From assembly GCA_965230995.1 (NCBI GenBank), contig OZ246398.1, forward strand, positions 592,213 through 656,212: a stretch of DNA of 64,000 nt, written 5' to 3'. The notes beneath the pieces were generated by a model that worked only from the letters and a program-made list of their open reading frames with translations, was not told where the DNA came from and ran no database searches. How positions within the stretch are numbered: the first letter of the stretch is position 1; each line of letters starts with the position of its first letter. This document shows positions 38,214 through 47,900 of this stretch, piece after piece. Made by a program: the position numbers and the translations under genes. This stretch comes from an uncultured Candidatus Saccharibacteria bacterium. Its GTDB lineage: Bacteria > Patescibacteriota > Minisyncoccia > Phycocordibacterales > G965230995.

Positions 38214-39791
38214 TTACTCCATTGCTTTCATCATTTGTTTTGCTACAGCTTCAACGACAGGTACACTCACAGAATTTCCAGCTTGTTTGTATAGTGCTGA
38301 GTCAGATATTTTTGGTAAAATATAATCTTTTGGAAAACCCTGTATCCTAAAGCATTCTAATGGTGTCAGCTTTCGGATGCCTTTCTTGTCCTTAATAATT
38401 GGAACATTGTGCCCACCTGTACCCATGTTTGCGGTTAATGTCGGACAAACTCCACTTTTATTTTCCCTTACATATTGCCTTCTCCATTGATAAACTTTAC
38501 CTTCCTCTTTTACTACATTTTTAAGTTTCTCAAACAATGGTTTACCGTTGTAATAATATTTTTCTGAGACATTACTCTCTAATAAATCAGTTATTTTTGT
38601 TGTTAATTTAATTGGGCTTGGAAACTCAAACCTATCTAAATATATTTTGTTCTTAAAACCAACAATATAAATTCTTTCACGATTTTGAGGAATATTTCCG
38701 TATTCCATTGTGTTTAGGACTTTTACTTTTACATGATAACCCAGGTCTTTTAATGCATCCTCAATAATTTTAAAAGTTTTTCCACCATCATGACTTTTTA
38801 GATTCTTAACATTTTCTAAAAGAAAACCTTCTGGTTTTCTTGCTTCCAAAATACGAGCAATATCAAAAAATAAGTTTCCTCTACCCTTCTCATCATTAAA
38901 CCCCTGTCTATATCCCGCAATAGAAAATGCCTGGCAAGGAAAACCACCTAAAAGAAAATCGAACTTTGGGAGATCATCTATTCCAATTTTTCTTATATCC
39001 TCGACAACCAATTTTGAATCTCTAAAATTCAGATCATAAGTATCCTTACATCGTGTTTCAAAATCGTTTGCAAAAACAGTTTTAAACCCTGCGTTTTCAA
39101 AGCCCAAGCGAATACCACCAACTCCAGCAAATAAATCTATTGTTTTAAACCCATGTTTTGTTTTCTTTTGCTCAAATTCTTTAGGTTCATTATTTGGGTT
39201 ACTAATAACCTGAATTACAACACCCCGAACCTCTACGAACTCTCTAAAAAGAGATTTCATATTTGGGTTCCTTGGTTCAAGTCTGAACCTATCTTTTTCT
39301 TTATAAAGTCTTTTAAGAGTTGCTTCATTTTCGTCAATAATTGCAACAACGGTTTGTCCATTTTCTGCAACAGATTGCTGTTTTATAACAACAATATCGC
39401 CATCAAAAATTCCGTCATCAATCATAGAATCACCCACAACACGGAGGGCATAATATCCTTCGGCTGTTTTAATTTGAGGATTGATTACAGAAACAGAGCC
39501 ATCTCTTTCTTCAATTGCTGGAAGTGGATATCCGGCTTTTATACTTCCAATTATTGGAATTTCTACAATTGACCTTATTTCTTTTTTAGGAGCTAAACTT
39601 CTAGCGGAATTTTCTGATTTTGAAAGATATCCCTTTGTCTTTAGTGAATTGATATGTTCGTGAACTGTAGATACTGCTTTTAGTTTTAGTTTTTTTCTTA
39701 TTTCCTCGATAGTGGGAGCTATACCATTTTCACCAATATATAGATTTATAAAGTCAAAGACTTGTTTTTGTTTTTTTGTAAGGCTTGGCAT
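38214..39791 (-). CDS. LexA (HTH plus S24 autoprotease) fused to a DNA cytosine-5 methyltransferase.
   Basis: LexA part, aa 1-~200: LexA DNA-binding domain, cleavage site IKAG, catalytic GDSM Ser and TLKRL Lys. MTase part, aa ~205-525: motif I DLFAGVGG, motif IV GFPCQAFS, ENV, QNRERIYIVG, RKLTPLECFRIQGFP. Single uninterrupted ORF with no internal start. Confidence 0.75.
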   Translation of the reverse strand: MPSLTKKQKQVFDFINLYIGENGIAPTIEEIRKKLKLKAVSTVHEHINSLKTKGYLSKSENSARSLAPKKEIRSIVEIPIIGSIKAGYPLPAIEERDGSVSVINPQIKTAEGYYALRVVGDSMIDDGIFDGDIVVIKQQSVAENGQTVVAIIDENEATLKRLYKEKDRFRLEPRNPNMKSLFREFVEVRGVVIQVISNPNNEPKEFEQKKTKHGFKTIDLFAGVGGIRLGFENAGFKTVFANDFETRCKDTYDLNFRDSKLVVEDIRKIGIDDLPKFDFLLGGFPCQAFSIAGYRQGFNDEKGRGNLFFDIARILEARKPEGFLLENVKNLKSHDGGKTFKIIEDALKDLGYHVKVKVLNTMEYGNIPQNRERIYIVGFKNKIYLDRFEFPSPIKLTTKITDLLESNVSEKYYYNGKPLFEKLKNVVKEEGKVYQWRRQYVRENKSGVCPTLTANMGTGGHNVPIIKDKKGIRKLTPLECFRIQGFPKDYILPKISDSALYKQAGNSVSVPVVEAVAKQMMKAME

Positions 39792-39881
39792 ATTGTATTT
39801 AAAATACTATTGAGCTACAATTATATTATAACCGAACAAAAACCGAAAAGTAAGGCTACTTATCCACAATCAAGTAAGTAT

Positions 39882-40460
39882 ATGATTTCAGAAAAAGAAT
39901 TTAAAGAAAAATTAATCACCAAATTAAATTTTATTAATTCTGGTTGGAGAGATGGTGATCTAGATTTATTTTTAGGGCCAAAGTCGGATATTATCAATGA
40001 TCAGTTAAAAGTCGCCATAGAAATTAAGGATGACACAAAATTTAATAGGAGAATGCCGACAACCTCTGGAGAAATAGTATTGAATGGAACGAATCTTTCA
40101 GAAAAAAATAGACAGTTCAAAGATGACATTAAAAGTGCCAACAAAAAATTTAAGAGTTATATTGGATACAAAACAATATTATTATTAAGAACAGAGATGA
40201 TAGATTTCTTTTCTGATATTGTAAATTACACAATTGATGGACCAAGATCATTTGCAAAGATTAATGGAGAACTAGTCTGTGCTGGTAGACCTAGCACATT
40301 TTGGTCTGGTCACGATAAAAGCACAGCAGAAGTGGGGGGAATATTATTTTGGGGAAACAGATGCACTTATAGGATAAATGAAAATCCAAATATAAATAAG
40401 AAAAGAATTATTGATAAAATTGATTTGGAAAAAATGATGAATATTAGTATTGATCTATAG
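39882..40460 (+). CDS. Hypothetical protein (possible PD-(D/E)xK nuclease) at the island edge.
   Basis: GDLDLF...(20)...AIEIKDD resembles D...ExK. Start chosen at the internal Met because the ORF-track start overlaps the MTase start. Confidence 0.35.
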   Translation: MISEKEFKEKLITKLNFINSGWRDGDLDLFLGPKSDIINDQLKVAIEIKDDTKFNRRMPTTSGEIVLNGTNLSEKNRQFKDDIKSANKKFKSYIGYKTILLLRTEMIDFFSDIVNYTIDGPRSFAKINGELVCAGRPSTFWSGHDKSTAEVGGILFWGNRCTYRINENPNINKKRIIDKIDLEKMMNISIDL

Positions 40461-40478
40461 ATTTATTATAAAACATAA

Positions 40479-41777
40479 TCACCTCCTCCCCCACTCTTCC
40501 TCCTGCCTCACAAGAAGGCTTTCGGCAAGCTGTGGCTCTGCCATTATTTCAAGCACCGCCTTTTCCATTCGAATTGATTGAGACCCCTTTATCAAAACTG
40601 TATCGTATGGATCGACAATTCCTTCGAGGAATTTTCCTGCAATTTGTGAATCTTCGAATTGATATAATTTCTTTTCACTAAAACCGTTTTCTAGAGCGCC
40701 CTCGGCAATCTTTCTCGCACGTACACCGACTGTAACCAAAACATCGGCGACTTCGGCACATATCTTGCCTATTTCTTTGTGCTCTTCGACTGAATATTGT
40801 CCCAATTCCATCATATCCCCTAGCACAGCAATTTTCTTTTGTTCAGTCTGTTCTTTAATCTGTCTCAAAGTCTCTAATGCTTCTCTCATTGCAATTGGTG
40901 AGGCATTGTATGTATCGTCAATGATCAAAGAATGTTTGATACCGGAAATGAGTCTCATTCTTCCTGGTGGTGTTATGTGCTCCATCATTACTGAAGACAA
41001 TTCGACACCATTTATTCCAAAGACCTTTGCTACTCCTATAGCACCAAGGATTGGATAAATATGTTGTTTTCCTATTGCCCCGATTAGGTTAAATGGAACA
41101 CTGTTTCCTTCGTAATCTATACGAAAATTAATTCCAGTTGGTCTGTCTGAATTATCGTAAGAGATTTCATAATTTGAAGCTTTAAAATATGAGCCATCTC
41201 CCAATCCAAAAGAATATCTTTTTGCCTTTGTTTTTTCTTTTGCAAGGTGAGCCTTTTCGTCGTCTTCGATATATATTAGTGTACCTGTTTCTTTTAGAGC
41301 AGAAACTAGATATGATTTTTCTTTTACTAATTCATCACTGTCTTTAAAATATTCCACGTGAACTGGAGTTTTGCCGATTGCGGTAAATACGACAACATCT
41401 GGCTTTATCCATTTTGAAACTCTACGAATATCCCCCGGCCTGTCTGCACCTATTTCGAGGACAAGTATTTCCGGATATTTTGATCTAAATATTATTAAAA
41501 GAAAGCCTTCGATAAAATTCCTAATCCACAAAAATGGATTCGCCCATCCATTTTCACAATTTAAAATAGTGAGAGGTATTCCTATTTCGCTATTAAAACT
41601 CTTTTGGCTTTTTCTTGTATTAAATTTATCTTTGAGTGCTGTATATATTGCATCCTTTGTCGATGTTTTTCCTACACTACCGGTTATGGCAACGATCTTT
41701 GGTTTGTATTTTGCGAGAACTAGTCTGGCTTCTAAAATTAGTACGCTTTGGATAACCGATTTTAAAAATGATTTCAT
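40479..41777 (-). CDS. murF: UDP-MurNAc-tripeptide--D-Ala-D-Ala ligase.
   Basis: GSVGKTSTKD P-loop; Mur ligase domains. Confidence 0.85.
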   Translation of the reverse strand: MKSFLKSVIQSVLILEARLVLAKYKPKIVAITGSVGKTSTKDAIYTALKDKFNTRKSQKSFNSEIGIPLTILNCENGWANPFLWIRNFIEGFLLIIFRSKYPEILVLEIGADRPGDIRRVSKWIKPDVVVFTAIGKTPVHVEYFKDSDELVKEKSYLVSALKETGTLIYIEDDEKAHLAKEKTKAKRYSFGLGDGSYFKASNYEISYDNSDRPTGINFRIDYEGNSVPFNLIGAIGKQHIYPILGAIGVAKVFGINGVELSSVMMEHITPPGRMRLISGIKHSLIIDDTYNASPIAMREALETLRQIKEQTEQKKIAVLGDMMELGQYSVEEHKEIGKICAEVADVLVTVGVRARKIAEGALENGFSEKKLYQFEDSQIAGKFLEGIVDPYDTVLIKGSQSIRMEKAVLEIMAEPQLAESLLVRQEEEWGRR

Positions 41778-43492
41778 ATTTTATTTTGCCTGTCAGGCAC
41801 TATCTCATAATAATGCAAAAGAAACTTCGCAATGTCCATAAAGCTAGCTGTTAATGTGTCGGAAGCGTACTGGACACCTTTTGGTTCTACTGTAAACAGA
41901 AAGACTATGAATTCTGGGTTTCGAGCTGGAAAATATCCAAAAAATGAGTGGAGGAATTTGTCAGCATAATATCCGCCGTTCTTTGCATCAGCAATCTGTG
42001 CTGTTCCGGTCTTTGCAGCAACGGTGTAATTATCAATTTTCGATTTTCCGCTATTTAATGCTTCGTCTACGGCTTTGATTAGCATATTCGTAACAGATTG
42101 GGCGGTTTCTTTTTTCATTACTTGGACCGGAGCTGGGTATTCTATTTTCTTTGAAATTCCTGATTTATTTTTGATTGATACACCTATATGTGGTGTCACC
42201 ATTTTACCTTCGTTTGCAAGACTTGATAGTGATTTTATTAGCGACATCGGAGAGAGCGCAATTCCCTGCCCAAAAGATGCCGTCGCCAGCTCTATCATTC
42301 TGTTGCTATCTAGGTTTTTTGTAAGGCCTGATGATTCGTTTGGCAAATCAATTCCAGATTTTTGACCAATTCCAAATGATTTAAAATATGTAGGAAATTT
42401 TTCTGTTCCAACACTTTCTGCGATAAATGAAGCTCCGACGTTTAGAGAATGACTGAGGATATCTTGGATTGTTGATAAACCTCGTGATAATTTGTCGTGG
42501 TTGGAAATAGTCTTTCCATTATAGGTAACGCTTCCTTTGTCTATGTATGTTGTTTGTTCTGTAATTGCTCCAGAATCAAGCCCAACTGCAACTGTTAGGG
42601 GTTTAATAACAGAACCCATTTCGTAGACATTTTCTGTTAGAGGGTTACTAAAAACAGAAACGTCTTTTACAGAACCAAAATTGTTTGGATCAAATGATGG
42701 GTAGCTTCCGAGAGCAAGTATCTCGCCTGTTTTTGGATCCATAATAATTCCACCTGTAATTTTTGAACTATATGTTTTTTGTACTTTGTTTATTACACCA
42801 TCTAAATAACCCTGGACTGATGGTTCAATACTGGTGACCAAATCACCTTTCTGTTCTGAATCAAAAATATTTTCTTTTAAGTTTAGAAAAACATCCGCAA
42901 AAAAATTAACTTTCGAAGAACTGCCGTCTCGTGATAGCAAATCTTCGTAATATCTTTCGAGTCCGTAACGACCAGATAGAGATTCTGTTTTGTCATCATA
43001 ACCGACAAAGCCAACTGTCTGAGACGCCAATTCTGCAAATGGATAATATCGCCATTTGTCTTTGTACAACCGAACACCCTTTTGTCCTAGTGAAGCAATT
43101 CTTGAGGCTTGTTCACTGGTTAGATTTTTTGCTACTTCTTCGAATGGATCATCTTTCTTTTGGGCCTTCTTCATAAAATCTACCTCGTTTAGGGTCACTA
43201 CAGAAGAAAGGAGATTGAACAAATCTTCTGGTTCTGTAATTTCTTTTGGCACAATTGCCATATAATATCCTGATTGTAGTGTTGCCCCCGAGACAACTGT
43301 GCCGTCTTTTGTGGTAAAGAAAATAGAGCCTCTTTCAAAGGTTTTTGAAGGTGCTGATACATATTGTCTATCGGCTTGTTCCCTAAAGCTTTCGCCTTGG
43401 ACTATTTGCAGGCTATAAAGCCTGTACACCAAAACAGTAGTAAGTAGGACTAAAATTCCGGATATAAGTCTTATTCTGCTCTTAAACGACAT
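41774..43492 (-). CDS. ftsI: Class B penicillin-binding protein (division transpeptidase).
   Basis: N-terminal TM. SVIKP (SxxK), SHSLN and KTGTA motifs. Confidence 0.85.
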   Translation of the reverse strand: MSFKSRIRLISGILVLLTTVLVYRLYSLQIVQGESFREQADRQYVSAPSKTFERGSIFFTTKDGTVVSGATLQSGYYMAIVPKEITEPEDLFNLLSSVVTLNEVDFMKKAQKKDDPFEEVAKNLTSEQASRIASLGQKGVRLYKDKWRYYPFAELASQTVGFVGYDDKTESLSGRYGLERYYEDLLSRDGSSSKVNFFADVFLNLKENIFDSEQKGDLVTSIEPSVQGYLDGVINKVQKTYSSKITGGIIMDPKTGEILALGSYPSFDPNNFGSVKDVSVFSNPLTENVYEMGSVIKPLTVAVGLDSGAITEQTTYIDKGSVTYNGKTISNHDKLSRGLSTIQDILSHSLNVGASFIAESVGTEKFPTYFKSFGIGQKSGIDLPNESSGLTKNLDSNRMIELATASFGQGIALSPMSLIKSLSSLANEGKMVTPHIGVSIKNKSGISKKIEYPAPVQVMKKETAQSVTNMLIKAVDEALNSGKSKIDNYTVAAKTGTAQIADAKNGGYYADKFLHSFFGYFPARNPEFIVFLFTVEPKGVQYASDTLTASFMDIAKFLLHYYEIVPDRQNKI

Positions 43493-43494
43493 AA

Positions 43495-43797
43495 TTAATT
43501 TGAACGAGATACTGAAGATGTCAAACCTGCGTATGTATAGGTGTTGTTTTTCATATCAACGAAGCCAAGTTCGTTTACTAGGTTGCTATCTATTTTTGAA
43601 TCGAGTTTGATGAATTTTGATTCTAGAACAGATAATTCTCCTCGCATACCAGCCATTTTTGATTCTGCTTCTTTTAATGATACAGCATTAAATACGCTAC
43701 TTGAGACGAGTATAAAATATAGAGCAACAAGAAAGACAGCAATTAAAGAAACGAACCAAAATGTTTTTCTATATTCAGATGTTAGTATTTTTATCAT
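43495..43797 (-). CDS. ftsL: Cell division protein FtsL-like (single TM plus coiled coil).
   Basis: Size, topology and position between rsmH and ftsI. Confidence 0.6.
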   Translation of the reverse strand: MIKILTSEYRKTFWFVSLIAVFLVALYFILVSSSVFNAVSLKEAESKMAGMRGELSVLESKFIKLDSKIDSNLVNELGFVDMKNNTYTYAGLTSSVSRSN

Positions 43798-43798
43798 T

Positions 43799-44689
43799 TT
43801 AGTTTTTTATAAAGGTTCTTAATTTTGCACTTCTTGATCTTGGGTTTTCTTTTATTTCTTCTTCGGTTGCTATTTGTGGTTTTTTTGTAAGTGACTCTCC
43901 CAGTTCTTGTTTTTTCCATTCTCTGAATTGATCTTTGACTATTCTGTCCTCGAGACTATGGAAGGAAATTATCGATATTCTTCCGCCGGTATTTAATAAT
44001 GAAATTGATTTTGATAAGAGTTCTTTTAGAGCGGATAGTTCATCGTTGACTGCTATTCTGATTGCTTGGAAGGTTCTGGTTGCAGGATGGATTCTGCCTC
44101 TTTTGTACATTGCTGGAACGGCTGATTCAATTATCGAAACAAGTCTTGCCGTGGTTTCAATCGGAGCCTCGGTTCTCGCTTCTACGATTGCTCTTGAAAT
44201 TCTCTTTGCATATCTTTCTTCGCCGTAATATTTGATGATTGTAAAAATGTTTTCTTCGTCCCAAGTGTTGACCAGCTCTCTCGCGGTTAAATCATTCTCT
44301 TCTACCGGAGATTTCATATTCATAAGAAGTGGTTCGTCACGAAGAAATGAAAAACCTCTTTTTGATTCATCCATTTGGTCTGAAGAGAATCCTAGATCTG
44401 CAAGTATTCTGTCTGCTTTTTCAATTCCGTTTTGTGCGAGGGCTTTTTCTATTTCTCTGAAATTACTTGCGACTGGGATAATTTTGTTTTTTGTATCTGC
44501 TATGTCTTTGATTGCTGTTTCAAGGCTTGTTTTATCTTGATCCATTGCAATCAAAGTGGCATTAGAGATTGTCTGTAGAATTGCCCTAGAGTGTCCGCCA
44601 GCCCCGAATGTGCAATCAACAATTACATTGCCATCTTTGGCTGAAATTCCTTGTATTACTTCATTTAAAAGAACTGGCTTGTGAATCAT
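43799..44689 (-). CDS. rsmH: 16S rRNA m4C1402 methyltransferase.
   Basis: VDCTFGAGGHS motif. Confidence 0.9.
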   Translation of the reverse strand: MIHKPVLLNEVIQGISAKDGNVIVDCTFGAGGHSRAILQTISNATLIAMDQDKTSLETAIKDIADTKNKIIPVASNFREIEKALAQNGIEKADRILADLGFSSDQMDESKRGFSFLRDEPLLMNMKSPVEENDLTARELVNTWDEENIFTIIKYYGEERYAKRISRAIVEARTEAPIETTARLVSIIESAVPAMYKRGRIHPATRTFQAIRIAVNDELSALKELLSKSISLLNTGGRISIISFHSLEDRIVKDQFREWKKQELGESLTKKPQIATEEEIKENPRSRSAKLRTFIKN

Positions 44690-44693
44690 TGTT

Positions 44694-45128
44694 TTATATC
44701 ATTCCTATATCTCCGAGCTTTTCTGCCATCTCACCTGCATCTTTCTGAATTTTTGTCTTGTATGAATTCCATTTATCTTCGTTCCAAATTTCAATTCTGT
44801 TTGCGACTCCGGCAAAGACGACTTTTGTTGCAAGACCAGCAAAGTTTCGCAAAAAGTCTGGGATGAGAATTCTACCGAGAGAGTCAACATCGATTTCAGT
44901 TGCACCAGCGAGCATAAATCTTGCGAAGCCTCGAGTATCTGCCTGACCCATTCCGAGCGATGAAATCTTTTGAGATATTTTTTTCCATTCTGATATCGGA
45001 TATATAAACAGACAGTTATCGAGACCATGTGTGACGACAATTTTTTTACCCATTTCCTTTCTGAATTTTGAAGGAAGCGAGATTCTTTTTTTATCATCAA
45101 CTGTGTGTGTATATTCTCCGATTAGCAT
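44694..45128 (-). CDS. mraZ: Transcriptional regulator MraZ.
   Basis: MLIGEYTHTVDDKKRISLPSKFR; tandem DUF-like halves. Confidence 0.9.
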   Translation of the reverse strand: MLIGEYTHTVDDKKRISLPSKFRKEMGKKIVVTHGLDNCLFIYPISEWKKISQKISSLGMGQADTRGFARFMLAGATEIDVDSLGRILIPDFLRNFAGLATKVVFAGVANRIEIWNEDKWNSYKTKIQKDAGEMAEKLGDIGMI

Positions 45129-45149
45129 TTTTTTCTTTGTATTCCACTT

Positions 45150-45222
45150 TATCCCACTTGATATATATTGTATTACATTTCATCCCACTTTACAAAACAT
45201 GTTATCCACATTTGCCCACAAA
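45150..45222 (-). promoter_or_regulatory. MraZ-box array: five direct repeats of (A)AGTGG(G/A)A on the mraZ strand, phased at about 10-21 bp.
   Basis: Plus-strand CCAC/CCCAC cores at 45154, 45163, 45184, 45206 and 45215. They lie 25-95 bp upstream of the mraZ start. Confidence 0.6.
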
Positions 45223-45294
45223 AATATGGCTCTGTTTAGCAACAAAAAACAGCTCCATTTTTTTGGAGCTGTTTTTTGTTTTAAATTTATTTTG

Positions 45295-45756
45295 TTACTT
45301 TAAAGCTGTAATTTTGTATTCAATTTTTCCGTTTGGAGTTTCTACAAAAAAGCTATCGCCTTTCTTTTTTCCAACGACTCCAATACCAAATGGAGACTTT
45401 ACGGATATCTTGCCCTGGCTCATATCTGCTTCTTCGGAACCAACAATTGTGTAGACCAATTTCTTTCCTTTAAATTCTACAGTTACAACAGAGCCGACAG
45501 AAACTGCATTGCCTTCGTTTTTAGAAACGATAACAGCATGCTTGATTAATTTTTCAAGTCTGCCAATTCTATCTTCGAGATTTGCTTGAGCATCTCTTGC
45601 TTCGTGATATTCTGCATTTTCTGACAAGTCTCCGAGAGATTTTGCATATTCAAGCTGATCTGCTACTTCTTTTCTTTTTTCAGATCGAAGAAGCATGAGT
45701 TCTGCTTTTATCTCATCGTATTTTTCTTGTGTTAAATATTCAATTTCTTCTGGCAT
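45295..45756 (-). CDS. greA: Transcription elongation factor GreA.
   Basis: N-terminal coiled coil with acidic tip; C-terminal FKBP-like domain. Confidence 0.85.
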   Translation of the reverse strand: MPEEIEYLTQEKYDEIKAELMLLRSEKRKEVADQLEYAKSLGDLSENAEYHEARDAQANLEDRIGRLEKLIKHAVIVSKNEGNAVSVGSVVTVEFKGKKLVYTIVGSEEADMSQGKISVKSPFGIGVVGKKKGDSFFVETPNGKIEYKITALK

Positions 45757-45903
45757 ATTTTTTATTATTTACTAATCTCCCGCGTGGTATTTCTGAAAGT
45801 TAGAATTTCATCAATTTGAGAGCCACAGTATATTATCAAATGTAGTGTAAAAGTCAATTTTTCTATATTTTGAGCCATTTTTTAGATATTTACAGATAGT
45901 ATT

Positions 45904-47598
45904 TTATCTAACATATTCTGGCCTATTTTCGTTCATCCAAAGGAATAATTCATTGGTTACATACACTGAACCGATGGTATTTGTCTTTAGTCCTCTCTCC
46001 ATCATAATTGCGAATGCATATTTGGGATTATCATAAGGGAAAAATCCCGTTATCCAAGAGTTAATATTTTCTTTTGTAACACCCAATTCGGCAGTTCCGG
46101 TCTTTGCTCCTATCTTGAAAGGAAGTGAAGATAGATTATGCGCTGTCCCACCATTGTACACAGCACGATACATTCCTTCTTTTACCACATCATAATATTT
46201 TTCTTCGAAGTCTAATTTTTCAAATTTTGGCTCTTCGTCTTCTACCAGCGATGGCGTGTAAAGATTTCCATTATTTACAATTGCCGTCGTTCCACGGAGA
46301 ATTTGGATGAGTGTAGCAAGTGATCCATACTGACCAATCGAAGTCAAAAATGTATCTCCAAGCCTCCAACTATCACCATCAAAATTTTGTTTTTTCCATT
46401 CTGGATCTGGGACAACTCCCGAGGCCTCATTTGGAAGATTCAACCCAGTTTTATTTCCAAAACCAAACATTCTAAAATAGTTTACTATTTTTTCTATACC
46501 AATTCCTTTTTGACCATCAAAACCTCCGCCAACGTGAAAGAAATATATGTTAGAAGAAAATGACAGCGCGTCTCTCATATCAACCCATCCAAGGGGTTTC
46601 CAGTCTCTAAAAGTGGTACCAGTACCCGGAGAGTATGGGTTCGGAACTGTAATTGAACCTTTACTTTCAATTTTTTTGTTTGGGTCTATAACACCTTCTT
46701 TTTGGACACCCATAGCAAGAAAAATTTTCATAACAGAACCCGGTGCATACAATCCAGATATCGCCCTATTCAAATAGACATTTCTTTTGTCGGTAATATA
46801 CGAACTGATGACTTCCTTGTTTGTTCCATCAGTTAGAATTTGAGAATTGTATTCAGGAAAACTTGTCAGTGCAATTAATTTTCCTGTCTTTATATCCATT
46901 ATCGCACCAGCGCCACCACTGTATCCTGCTTTGCTAGCAAGAGATTCTATTTCTGTAAATAGTTTGTCCTGCAACTCTGAGTCAATTGAAAGTTTTAGAT
47001 TCTTTCCATTAATTGGTGGATCGATAACACTGTATGTTGCGATTTCACCACCAGCGTCCACTTCAATAATTCTCAAACCATTTTTGCCGGTAAGATAATC
47101 GTTGTAGGTTTTTTCTACTCCGTCTACACCAGTGAATTCTGTTTGATAGTAATATCCATTTTTGTCTTTCTGTGGATATTTTAGATAACCAAGAATATGT
47201 GCTAACCCCTTTAAATCTGTATATCTTCTCAATGAGAAATCTCCGCCTTCTTTTGCTGGGACATTTGTTGCGAGAATCTTGTCGTTTCTGTCTAGAATTG
47301 ACCCCCTTTCTGAAAAAATCGATGTTTTTATAAGGCTATTTCTAGCGCTTCTTTCAGCCAATTTCTCTCCTTGTACAATCTGAAGCCCCCAGACTTTCCA
47401 AGAAAAAATTAGTGTGACTAAAATAAAAAAAGAAAGTGTGAGAATAGGGACAACACGAGAAAATGGTTTTTCAATTCTTCCCTCAAATTGGTCTTTGTCA
47501 AAATTAGGCAAATTGCTTGAATCAAGAAAAATTTCATCAGGATTTATTTCTACCCTATCACCTCCCAATATTGAATTTAGGAATCTCTTTATTCGCAT
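45904..47598 (-). CDS. mrdA: Class B PBP (elongasome PBP2).
   Basis: SVMKI, SSN and KTGTAE motifs. Downstream of mreBCD. Confidence 0.8.
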   Translation of the reverse strand: MRIKRFLNSILGGDRVEINPDEIFLDSSNLPNFDKDQFEGRIEKPFSRVVPILTLSFFILVTLIFSWKVWGLQIVQGEKLAERSARNSLIKTSIFSERGSILDRNDKILATNVPAKEGGDFSLRRYTDLKGLAHILGYLKYPQKDKNGYYYQTEFTGVDGVEKTYNDYLTGKNGLRIIEVDAGGEIATYSVIDPPINGKNLKLSIDSELQDKLFTEIESLASKAGYSGGAGAIMDIKTGKLIALTSFPEYNSQILTDGTNKEVISSYITDKRNVYLNRAISGLYAPGSVMKIFLAMGVQKEGVIDPNKKIESKGSITVPNPYSPGTGTTFRDWKPLGWVDMRDALSFSSNIYFFHVGGGFDGQKGIGIEKIVNYFRMFGFGNKTGLNLPNEASGVVPDPEWKKQNFDGDSWRLGDTFLTSIGQYGSLATLIQILRGTTAIVNNGNLYTPSLVEDEEPKFEKLDFEEKYYDVVKEGMYRAVYNGGTAHNLSSLPFKIGAKTGTAELGVTKENINSWITGFFPYDNPKYAFAIMMERGLKTNTIGSVYVTNELFLWMNENRPEYVR

Positions 47599-47606
47599 TT
47601 ATAAAA

Positions 47607-47900
47607 TTATACACGATCACGTCCAAACACAAGAAGCCTTTTTGATACGAGAATAAAAATTAAATATATTGCAATAGAAATAATAGTAAAAATATGCCCC
47701 GAAAAAGAAAATGAATTACCTCCATATAACGAATCAAAAAGTGCTCCAAAAAGAATTATCTCTACAAAAGATGGAATTAAGATGAGCAGAACAACTGCAA
47801 TTATTGAAAATAGCCACCAAGGTAATACAAAAAATGCCACGAGCAATGCCGAATCAATCGCAAGTCTTGAAAAAAAAGTATTACTGAATGATTTCTTCAT
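47607..47900 (-). CDS. mreD: Rod shape-determining protein MreD-like.
   Basis: Small polytopic membrane protein following mreC. Confidence 0.5.
   Translation of the reverse strand: MKKSFSNTFFSRLAIDSALLVAFFVLPWWLFSIIAVVLLILIPSFVEIILFGALFDSLYGGNSFSFSGHIFTIISIAIYLIFILVSKRLLVFGRDRV

Noticed and set aside
39762-39881. ORF-track start of the 232-aa ORF overlapping the MTase start codon.
   Set aside because: It overlaps the divergent MTase start and promoter region. The internal ATG at 39882 was taken instead.
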